A stretch of 64,000 nt of DNA from Pecten maximus (taxonomy: Eukaryota), in NCBI RefSeq assembly GCF_902652985.1, contig NC_047016.1, positions 46,562,001-46,626,000 on the forward strand, given 5' to 3'. Below, in pieces: positions 26,701 to 38,131 of the stretch. The notes under the pieces were generated by a model. The model saw nothing but the letters and a program-made list of their open reading frames with translations, was not told where the DNA came from and ran no database searches. Both the position numbers and the translations under genes were made by a program. Position 1 is the first letter of the stretch. Each line of letters begins with the position of its first letter.

Positions 26701-29494
26701 CCACTATCCAACAAAGGTTTTGCCTCTGCTGATCATGTACAAAATCTACTGGTTGAAGTTGACCCTATTAAGCTGAGGTCAGAGGTCAGGCTGGGTCAAA
26801 GAGCCTCCATTGTTACCTGTAGAACTATTACTTCACAGCCACATCACATACAGCTGGATATTATTTACAAGAGGTACAGGAACATTAAATTTACAACAAA
26901 TAATTTACAGAATATTGACTGGCAAAATCATTTCTATACATCAAATCTACAATAGATCTGCTCCATCGATAATGTTAATTGACCCTATGTGAGTAAATTT
27001 ATCTCTGAATTATCTAGTTTACATGTATTCCCATTCAATAATGAATGAATCATGTACACTGCAGTTACAAATTCTAGAACTTAATCTGTTTTGTGTAGTG
27101 AGTACATTCAACCTATTGACCCGTATAATGTAAAAAGAAACTAGCATAAATAGTGTCTAAATTCAAAAGCTGGTGGCCATTTTGAATATTCAATTAGGCT
27201 CAAGATGCACAACAAGTATTCCTTAAAGAGCAATAACAAACTTCAGATATCAAAATTGTTACTGGTGGCCATCTTGTACAATTTTAATTTTTGTATATCA
27301 AAATAAATCACTTACAGGTCGGTAGGGACCCTGTCATGTGGCAATATACCCGTCACAATCATCAAGAAGCCCATATTGCAGAGGTTGACATGTTTGACAT
27401 TTGGACTTGAAAACAATCACAAGGGAGCAAAATATACATTATACAAATCCACCCCCAAAGAACTTGACAATGAAAATGAAATTACCAGTATAATGCTCAT
27501 TTGTTAGCTTGGATTTGCCTTATTAAACCAGTGACTTTAACGTTTGGTCAGTTGATTCTTGTTTAATTTTGCCCAACTTTTGCTTCATTATGTCAAATCA
27601 AAATCTTCATCAGTAAAACTTGACGTTGACCTTTGACCCAGTGACCTTGGCCTTTAGTCAGCTGACTCCTTGTTTGATTCATTATGTCATGGCGAAATCT
27701 TCATCAGTAAAGACACAAAATTTGACCTTGACATCTGACCTAGTGACCTTGATGTCTAGTCAGCTGACTGCATGTTCTTGTTTAATTCTGCCAAAATTTG
27801 CTTCATAGTGTCATAATAAAATGTTAATCAGTAAAAGATGCCAAATTTGGACTAATGACTTTTGACCTAAGTGTGTAAAAAGTTTTCAGGCGGGAACAAA
27901 ATTTGTGGACAGACAGAGTGATTACTATAAGACACCCGTATCTCTGATATGGGGCACTAAATTGATCCCTTACTGATCATGTCCCTAATTTTCAACATGA
28001 CAGCTATCAGCCATCATGAATATCAAATGTTCAAAATGTAGTATGCACATCTTAACCCAAATACTCAACATGTCCCAAAAGATTCAAGAGGATCATGTCA
28101 TTCGTTCATAGAATAGTGGTAACAAATTTCAAATGTCAAAAACCGAAAGTAGCAACAGAGAGCCATCTTGAATATCCATATAAAATCTGGCTTGCAAAAC
28201 TAAAGTTTCATGGTGATACCATCAGCAGTTCTTTAGAAATATTGGAAGTAAGAATTATCCAGAAATAACGAAATGTTTAATAGAATCATAAAATAGTTAA
28301 CTAAAGATTTTGATCCATATTCATCTACCCTATTATAGAAAACTAAAATCACCTCAACTATTGTATTCCTTTATACTCGATCTAAAATTAAATCTAAAAT
28401 TGAAGATTTCCATGTATAAAAAAAAATTCAAAAATGTACATTTTCCAGAATGATATTTGCCCACTAAGAATATGTTGTATTCAAAGAACATGAAACATGT
28501 ATGACTCTCTTCTTGGTTTGAAATAAATAGAGATATGCAAAATCTAAAATTTACTAAATAACTCCAAATACAAAAATATTAAGTGAACATCATTGGTGTA
28601 TATCCTGAACGACCTTTCATTTAAGATACCAGTATCTTGTCATTAGTGAGCGCATGCGGAATTAAATTTCTGATAGAAGAGCAATAAGGTAATATGTCAT
28701 GCCTCTAACCACCCTGTGGCAGGGACATAAAAAAATATTTCATCAATAACATACACTACATGATCTTATCCATTGCGGAAAAAGTCTTGCACATCTGAAC
28801 AACAAACATTATGGTCTGATTCACAGGTTACATCACAGGGTTCATTAAAGGTCACTGAAGGAAGATTCTACATGAATTCACAGCAGGGAATTATAAAGAT
28901 CTATAACTAATTATCCTGTTTCGGAGTATAAACATCATACATTAACCAGAATGAAATGTTGTCAATATACAGGATGAAGATGAGGATTTCTATACACAAA
29001 CAAACGGATACAAAGTTTTAAACAAGGTAGCGATCATTTCCAGTGCCACAGTTGCTGTGATTGATAATACACCAACAGAAGAATACTCTCGTATTTAGTG
29101 CAGTTAGGCGTGAACTTCGGATCACTCTTCCTTAAGAACATATTCAAGATGCACTGACGGCAGGGATGACATCAGTCAGATTTTTTGCTTCCGTCCCAAT
29201 GCCACACCAGTTTTCCTCAAACTTCATCAAAAACAACTTTTGTTCCATTAGTCGCATCTAAATAAATTTCTTCAGGGCGTATGTTGTTTGTTGAATGCAT
29301 AAATGAAGTTCAATAAAGGTTCATTTCATTTCGATGTGAAAAGAATAGCTTGAACCTACATACAATGACAGTATAGGTATAAACTGATACATGAGAAATA
29401 TTTGTCCGGAACTATGTATAGTTAAAATAATTCAAGCTAGGTACTACAACTTCAAAGTACAATGTACAAAAATTGCATAGCAAAGGGAACACAT

Positions 29495-29655
29495 AAATCT
29501 AATTAAATTAGACATTCTCTCTATAAAAATCACGGATTTAATCAAATTAGACATTCTCTCTATAAAAATCACGGATTTAATCAAATTAGACATTCTCTCT
29601 ATAAAAATCACGGATTTAATCAAATTAGACATTCTATCTATAAACATCACGGAAA
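29495..29655. repeat. 39-bp tandem repeat, about 4 units, downstream of the UBE2Z stop
   Basis: Unit aaattagacattctctctataaaaatcacggatttaatc. Confidence 0.9.
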
Positions 29656-29948
29656 TCCCTATCAAAACCATCACAGAAAGTCAGAATAATATCAAATGAA
29701 ACTCAATGTACATTAATAAAATGATGATGGCTACAGTGATTATAGAATGAGAGGGAATGACATAATATAATCACACAGCAGCAGGAACCTTCTCTAAATG
29801 GTCTTTAAGGTTGAACATGGTGTAACGAACCGTCCCAGAAGAACAGAAATAGTTGTGGCTATATTTGGTCCTGTTTCTATGTAATCTTGTGCGAGACAGT
29901 GAATTAGAATGTCCGGGTCGTTCAAAAGCTTTCAACTGTAATGCTTTA

Positions 29949-32900
29949 TCAGCTCTGTTCCATATCTGAAGTCTCGTCTGTTGAACAATTGTCTATTTTG
30001 TCTGATAGTTCCTTTTGAATTGCCACAAGTCTTTTCAATATACTAGAGAAATCAAACACACCTCTCTTCTCTCCAAAAGGATCCTGAAAATACAGCCAAA
30101 AAATCAAAGTAATGTCACCAGCAATGTTAAAACAATTAATATGTTTAGCAACAACTAAATACATTGGCAGACTTTAAGGAAATCTGCCTGAGGTGCAAGT
30201 GTCAACTTTGTGGCAAGCCAAACTGCCTGAGGGCCAAGTGTCAATTTAATGACATTAATAGTCTATCAGGCACCAACTTTTCAATAACTAATAGGCCTAG
30301 GATTATGGATTAGTTGTTAGGATTTGGAAAGTAGTAGGCTTGGATAAGTGCTACCAAGTTTGTTCAAATGAATGACCTTGACCTACATATAAGGTCACAG
30401 GTGTCAATTATCTTCAAGTGATTTCTTCTGAATAACCAAGAATATTTGGGTAATGCTTTTAAACATGTAACAGACTGAAAGGAATAGTACATGTTTGTAT
30501 ATCAAAATGTCGCTTAGAAAAAGTTTTCCAGTTGATTCTTTGCTTCATATGCTGTTTAACAGATAACCAATAAAAGACAAATTAGGCCATCTTGTTAATT
30601 AATCTTTGAGTTATTTAGTTTTGTTCCATTTATGAAAACAAAGATAATTTTATGAAATATTTTAGAACTACGAACCTGCATTGTCAGTCCTTGCATGTCC
30701 TGGTGTTTTTTACAGATGGATTCATAATACTCAAAGTAATCTGGGAAAGATGTTTCCATGACCTCTCTGAAATAATACAATAATCTGAGATATAGCTACG
30801 AACATTCAGATCACCCGCTACTGAAGGTGTCTATGGTGATGGGATATAACAACAATCTGAGATATAACAACAAACATTCAGATCACCCGCTACTGAAGGT
30901 GTCTATGATGGGATATAACAACAATCTGAGATATAGCGACGAACATTCAGATCACCCGCTACTGAAGGTGTCATAATGGGATATAACAACAATCTGAGAT
31001 ATAGCGACGAACATTCAGATCACCCGCTACTGAAGGTGTCTATGGTGATGGGATATAACAACAATCTGAGATATAGCGACGAACATTCAGATCACCCGCT
31101 ACTGAAGGTGTCATGATGGGATATAACAACAATCTGAGATATAGGGACGAACATTCAGATCACCCGCTACTGAATGTGTCTATGGTGATGGGATATAACA
31201 ACAATCTGAGATATAACAACAAACATTCAGATCACCCGCTACTGAAGGTGTCTATGATGGGATATAACAACAATCTGAGATATAGCGACGAACATTCAGA
31301 TCACCCGCTACTGAAGGTGTCATAATGGGATATAACAACAATCTGAGATATAGCGACGAACATTCAGATCACCCGCTACTGAAGGTGTCTATGGTGATGG
31401 GATATAACAACAAGAGGCCCAATGGGCCTGTATCGCTCACCTGGCTCTACAGCAACTTTGAAGTTGGTTGAGGTCATTTCTACAGATACTATGCTGATTA
31501 CTTCTTTATTCAAATATCAGAGTAGGCTAGGTTTATTCATATTAATAAATTTTCTAGTCCTTTATTCCAGCATTCCATTGGCCTAATATCGGGTCTCAAA
31601 GGCTCTTGGCTATCGCAAAATTATTATTTACAGATTTAAGCCGATTTCACCCCTGTGACCTTGAATGTAGGTCAAGGTCATTCATTTGAACAAACTTGGT
31701 AGCCCTTCACCTCAGCATGCTTAAAGCCCAATATCAAGTCCCTGGGCCTCTTGGTTATTGCGAAGAAGTTGTTTGAAGATTATAGCCTATTTCACCCATG
31801 TGACCTTGAATGAAGGTCAAGGTCATTTATTTGAACAAACTTGGTAGCCCTTCACCCCAGCATGCTACAGCCCAATATCAAGTCCCTGGGCCTCTTGGTT
31901 ATTGCGAAGAAGTTGTTTGAAGATTATAGCCTATTTCACCTCTGTGACCTTGAATGAAGGTCAAGGTCATTTATTTGAACAAACTTGGTAGCCCTTCACC
32001 CCAGCATGCTACAGGCCTAATATCAAGTCCCTGGGCCTCTTGGTTATTGAGAAGAAGTTGTTTGAAGATTATAGCCTATTTCACCTCTGTGACCTTGAAT
32101 GAAGGTCAAGGTCATTTATTTGAACAAACTTGGTAGCCCTTCACCCAAGCATGCTACAGGCCCAATATCAAGTCCCTGGGCCTCTTGGTTATTGAGAAGA
32201 AGTTGTTTGAAGATTACAGCCTATTTGCCCAATGTGACCTTGAATGAAGGTCAAGGTCATTTCTTTGAACAAACTTGGTAGCCCTTGATCCCAGCATGCT
32301 ACAGGCCTAATATCAAGTCCCTGGGCCTCTTGGTTATTGAGAAGAAGTCGTTTGAAGATTATAGCCTATTTCACCCATGTGACCTTGAATGAAGGTCAAG
32401 GTCATTTCTTTGAACAAACTTGGTAGCCCTTCACCCAAGCAAGCTACAGGCCCAATATCAAGTCCCTGGGCCTCTTGGTTATTGAGAAGAAGTTGTTTGA
32501 AGACTACAGCCTATTTGCCCCATGTGACCTTGAATGAAGGTCAAGGTCATTTCTTTGAACAAACTTGGTAGCCCTTGATCCCAGCATGCTACAGGCCTAA
32601 TATCAAGTCCCTGGGCCTCTTGGTTATTGCGAAGAAGTTGTTTGAAGATTATAGCCTATTTCACCTCTGTGACCTTGAATGAAGGTCAAGGTCATTTATT
32701 TGAACAAACTTGGTAGCCCTTCACCCCAGCATGCTACAGGCCTAATATCAAGTCCCTGGGCCTCTTGGTTATTGCGAAGAAGTTGTTTGAAGATTATAGC
32801 CTATTTCACCCATGTGACCTTGAATGAAGGTCAAGGTCATTTCTTTGAACAAACTTGGTAGCCCTTCATCCCAGCATGCTACAGGCCCAATATCAAGTCC

Positions 32901-35900
32901 CTGGGCCTCTTGGTTATTGCGAAGAAGTTGTTTGAAGATTATAGCCTATTTCACCTCTGTGACCTTGAATGAAGGTCAAGGTCATTTATTTGAACAAACT
33001 TGGTAGCCCTTCACCCCAGCATGCTACAGGCCTAATATCAAGTCCCTGGGCCTCTTGGTTATTGAGAAGAAGTTGTTTGAAGATTATAGCCTATTTCACC
33101 TCTGTGACCTTGAATGAAGGTCAAGGTCATTTATTTGAACAAACTTGGTAGCCCTTCACCCCAGCATGCTACAGGCCTAATATCAAGTCCCTGTGCCTCT
33201 TGGTTATTGAGAAGAAGTTGTTTGAAGATTACAGCCTATTTGCCCCATGTGACCTTGAATGAAGGTCAAGGTCATTTATTTGAACAAACTTGGTAGCCCT
33301 TCACCCAAGCATGCTACAGGCCCAATATCAAGTCCCTGGGCCTCTTGGTTATTGAGAAGAAGTTGTTTGAAGATTACAGCCTATTTGCCCAATGTGACCT
33401 TGAATGAAGGTCAAGGTCATTTCTTTGAACAAACTTGGTAGCCCTTGATCCCAGCATGCTACAGGCCTAATATCAAGTCCCTGGGCCTCTTGGTTATTGA
33501 GAAGAAGTCGTTTGAAGATTATAGCCTATTTCACCCATGTGACCTTGAATGAAGGTCAAGGTCATTTCTTTGAACAAACTTGGTAGCCCTTCACCCAAGC
33601 AAGCTACAGGCCCAATATCAAGTCCCTGGGCCTCTTGGTTATTGAGAAGAAGTTGTTTGAAGACTACAGCCTATTTGCCCGATGTGACCTTGAATGAAGG
33701 TCAAGGTCATTTCTTTGAACAAACTTGGTAGCCCTTGATCCCAGCATGCTACAGGCCTAATATCAAGTCCCTGGGCCTCTTGGTTATTGAGAAGAAGTCG
33801 TTTGAAGATTATAGCCTATTTCACCTCTGTGACCTTGAATGAAGGTCAAGGTCATTTCTTTGGACAAACTTGGTAGCCCTTCACCCCAGCATGTTACAGG
33901 CCCAATATGAAGTTCCTGAGCCTCTTGGTTATTGAGAAGAAGTTGTTTAAATGAAAAAGTTGACGCCGGACGGACGGCCGGCCGGACGGATATAACAACA
34001 ATCTGAGATATAGGGACGAACATTCAGATCACCCGCTACTGAATGTGTCTATGGTGATGGGATATAACAACAATCTGAGATATAACAACAAACATTCAGA
34101 TCACCCGCTACTGAAGGTGTCTATGATGGGATATAACAACAATCTGAGATATAGCGACGAACATTCAGATCACCCGCTACTGAAGGTGTCATAATGGGAT
34201 ATAACAACAATCTGAGATATAGCGACGAACATTCAGATCACCCGCTACTGAAGGTGTCTATGGTGATGGGATTTAACAACAATCTGTGATATAGCAATTT
34301 GTAATTTTAGGAATTTGAAAACAAAAATGCTAGAAGAGTAAAAATTGTTTTACACTCTAGTCAGATGACCTCTTTTTCTTGATATATGCTCTTGAAAGGC
34401 AAAATTTGTGATTTAGGTTATTTCTTTCTAACTGTAACAAGAATAGAAGGAAAAGTGAAAATTTCAGCACAACAAAAATGTTGACACAATCACTACTTAT
34501 CTTTTAAAGCATCTGAATTGAAATCTAAGACATATTATTGTTTAACTTACTGTAGGCTCTGGGGACAGGTGCATTTGCCTTCCAACATGTCGCATACTGC
34601 CACCCTCAACGTCTCATGGCGAATTATGTCATTGTATCGTTTGGCATCTCCGAAATTTCTTTCCTGTAGTGCGATAAAGAATTTATTTTAGTTTGAACAT
34701 ACTTTATTGCAGTCGACAAAATGATAGGGTACAAATTATCACTCTCTTTCCTATTATCATCAGCAATTATACATGTATATAGTGAACAGGGAATGTTGCA
34801 AAATGATATTTCTATAATATGATTGATAAATTTAATAATAATTTGAAGTTTTATATACTGCAATATCACCACAACATAAAGCCGTCTCAAAGTAGTTCAC
34901 TAATTATTAACTGTAGATATTGGGCCTTAAGTAACCAGTTGATGTCTTTCTCAACTCCCTGCGGAGCATACAGCCGGAGATGCCCTTTCGACACTAACAG
35001 CTTACACTCAACATTTCTTGCACCGCCCTACCATATACTTATTTACAGCGGAGTCGACTGTAACACAGCGGAGTAAAGTATCTTGTTTAAGGATACAATA
35101 CAGCGCCGTGCCGGGACTCGGAACTAGTGACCCTTCTGTTACATAGCCATGCGTCCTACCACTAGACCACCCTATCTTAAATATATCTTCTACAGTCAGT
35201 TATAAGCTGAGAGAGGGTATACAATCACTTGCATTTAAATCTATAGCTTTTGTATTGTGGAAGTGTTGCTCTGCTGAGTGTAACAATGGGGTAAAAAAGG
35301 ATCTAAAATCAAATAAACTGGACATCAAAGGATGCAAACTGGAGCAGTACAGGATAAAGAATTCACATGTTCTGAAGACAGCATATGCCCTTGTGTTGTT
35401 GCTTCCATATATGGGTCATTTTATCCCTTGGAGTCTCAGTCTCTTGAGTTTTATGTGTGCACAAACTTTGCATCAAATTGCCCGTACCTCATCCAATAAG
35501 GAATGAGAAATGGACAAGCAACAAATGCAGAAATGGACGAGATGAATGGATTGAACATTTTGTTGCCAATAACATGTCTATGAGAACTTGCTTGGAAATT
35601 ATAGCATTGAAACTAATGTTACTTTTTGTCGTGACGGTGACACAGTTATTGACATGACAAAGTTTGATCCCGAGTTGGAATGGTGACTGATATTGACAAA
35701 GTTTGATCTTGAGTCGGAATGGTGACACAGATATTGACATAACAAAATTTGATCTCGAGTTGGAATGGTGACACAGATATTGACATAACAAAATTTGATC
35801 TCGAGTCGGAATGGTGACACCGATATTGACATGACAAAATTTGATCTCGAGTCGGAATGGTGACACAGATATTGACATGACAAAGTTTGATCCGGTGTTG

Positions 35901-38105
35901 GAATGGTGACTGATTTTGACAAAGTTTGATCTTGAGTCGGAATGGTGACACAGATTTTGACATGACAAAGTTTGATCCCGAGTTGGAACAATTTGACCCC
36001 GAGTCGGAATGGTGACTGATATTGACATGACAAAGTTTGATCTTGAGTCGGAATGGTGACACAGATATTGACATGACAAAATTTGATCTTGAGTCGGAAT
36101 GGTGACACAGATATTGACATGACAAAATTTGATCCTAAATTGGAATGGTGACTGATATTGACAAAGTTTGATCCGAAGATGTTGTATCCAGATTAACAAT
36201 ATAATCTTTTTTATTTCTAAAACTTTTCGTAAATTAAAACTATTTACCTTTTCAAATCCAGGTTCATTGTGATAAGGTTTCTCATTCATCAGAGACTGCA
36301 TGGATATCAGTACACTAGATAAGCTCTGGGCAGGACTCCAGGCAGGCCCAGACCAGGTACTGAAACACAGAAATATCACACATTCTGATTCACAGATATT
36401 ATTCTGATTGTACGATTGTACGATTGTTAATAGTGACAGTTACCTTGACCTTGACCCAAAATCTCTGAAATACTGAAGTTACATACCAACTACATGCCAA
36501 TGTGGCCATCTTGAATGTTACATGGGTCTGAATATTCAATAGGGACAAGCTATAGACTGTCAATCTCTAACTCGAGTTGTTGTTCCTTACACTTAGTGCA
36601 AAGAATCAGAAGAAAGAAAGAAAGAAGAATCTACTGATCAAATTTGGCACAATTTCATTCAACCATATTCAAAATTAAACTTATATACTTATAAATTTGA
36701 TATACAATGTCAAATGTACTTACCCTAATATACTGAGACACACTTTGCCGTTCTTATAGAAGTTTGGGTTAAATCGAACTTGTTTGTCACCTGTGGTCAG
36801 GAGTTTGACCCTTGGAGGTCGTATGGGGTAGTCAGGCGGACAACGGATTAAGAAACAGAAGAATCCACCTTCGTATGGGGTGTCAAAGGGTCCAGTGATT
36901 AAGGCATGAATCTGTAACATCAGTATGTGGATAAAGACTACACAACAAAGACAACAATGTACAAGGAACAGTGGAGTATTCATAGACAATTTACCAAAAT
37001 GTTCATAGCAAAGGTTACAAGCATCTGTATGTATGGCAAAGTGGCATTGACAATCATAGCACTAATATAACAGGATGCGCAATGAGTCTGCATAATGGCT
37101 GGAATAGAGAAGTCTTGGAAACAATGAGTTGCCCAATACTGCACTACTCATCGACTTCCTCATTCACCACATTCTTCCCCTAACACCCACCTAAGGATTT
37201 ACAGGAATATTCAACATTTTCTTTCCTAATTAGCCTGATGATGTCAAAAGCTAAACATTTATTTTTATATGTAATGAAAAATCCAACAAGTACTTCAGTA
37301 AACATTTAACAGCATATTTTCTTTTGGGCTCAGCCTTTCATGTGGGGCACATCTTTTCTTTTCTTACACCTACAGAAGACCAGCTACAGTGGGTGACAAG
37401 AGAGCTAGCAAAGTCATGTAGGGGGCAAACCAGGAACTAATTGACTAAATTTTTTATCTTCCATTTTCTGACCCGGAGGTACCTTTACCAGGTTGTGTCT
37501 CGGGCCCTACCTTAGTGATGTCATCCTTGTCTGGGATAATGATAATGCCGGGTGGGGGCTCGTTAAATATTGTCATTATGTCCCTGTAATGGAAAACAAT
37601 GCTTTGAAAATATTGAACACATTCATAATCATATGTTGTTATCGCAATTGTTGTAAAATAAATAAAGTTTACATTTTTAAAAGATATACCACACTCTCTC
37701 AAAAGTAACTGGAGTATGTGATACATACATTAATTTAGATTGGCCAAGTGTGACCTTTGACCCCTTAAACTAAACTGCCTACAAACTCTAATGAAGTGTA
37801 TGACTTGATGTTATGGTACAGTGATAGAGTTAATTGTGATGTCCGTGAAGATGCTACCTTTTGATACGGAGGATGAAGATGTTACCTTTTGATACGGAGG
37901 ATGAAGATGTTACCTTTTGATACGGAGGATGAAGATGTTACCTTTTGATACGGAGGATACATTGTGTGGTGGGAGACTCATTATCCCAGTCAGTGCTCTG
38001 ACAGGGGTCCCAGGATGACTGTGGCTGGGCGGGCACTAAACTGACATGTTCATCAGTCTGGAGAAGGTCCACGGTGCTTTCTTTATCATTGCTGGATGTC
38101 GCCAT
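29949..38105 (-). CDS. UBE2Z: Ubiquitin-conjugating enzyme E2 Z (USE1, UBA6-specific E2), 291 aa
   Basis: Coding exons 38105-37942, 37583-37511, 36911-36724, 36359-36248, 34663-34551, 30766-30676 and 30083-29949 total 876 nt, all GT-AG and in frame. Motifs: [80 protein letters not shown] (catalytic Cys), [32 protein letters not shown]. Confidence 0.97.
30780..34295. repeat. 68-72-bp minisatellite in a UBE2Z intron, split by an insertion into 30780-31410 and 33988-34295
   Basis: Unit aacaatctgagatatagcgacgaacattcagatcacccgctactgaaggtgtctatggtgatgggatataac on both sides of the insertion. Confidence 0.9.
31409..33990 (+). mobile_element. pearl/Helentron-type (HINE-like) non-autonomous element with an internal 145-bp satellite array (~16 units); 3' hairpin end missing
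   Basis: 5' end aacaagaggcccaatgggcctgtatcgctcacctgg, 145-bp tandem core at about 31654-33950, then a (GACG/CCGG) microsatellite at 33962-33990. This modular layout matches bivalve pearl/CvA-type elements. Confidence 0.85.
34950..35172 (-). mobile_element. tRNA-derived SINE remnant (Nin/Deu-domain-like)
   Basis: The minus strand has a tRNA-like head (ggtggtctagtggtag A-box, gttccgagtccc B-box-like) followed by a conserved-looking body (plus strand gagtaaagtatcttgtttaaggatacaa...aactccctgcggagcatacagcc). Confidence 0.6.
35632..36175. repeat. ~46-bp minisatellite in a UBE2Z intron
   Basis: Unit gacatgacaaaatttgatctcgagtcggaatggtgacacagatatt with length variants. Confidence 0.9.
37847..37958 (-). 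repeat. Four 28-bp tandem copies of the donor junction of the first coding exon of UBE2Z
   Basis: gaagatgttaccttttgatacggaggat starts at 37847, 37875, 37903 and 37931. On the minus strand this reads ATCCTCCGTATCAAAAG|GTAACATCTTC. Confidence 0.93.
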
Positions 38106-38131
38106 GGCCCATGCTTCGAAACAAACCTACA

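Noticed and set aside
31954-33731. Series of 60-aa ORFs resembling a tandem gene family
   Set aside because: They are 145-bp satellite monomers. The period is not a multiple of 3 and the array lies inside a non-autonomous element.
35489-36379. 296-aa ORF as an extended UBE2Z isoform
   Set aside because: It is the exon at 36248-36359 read through its GTAAAT donor into the 46-bp minisatellite.
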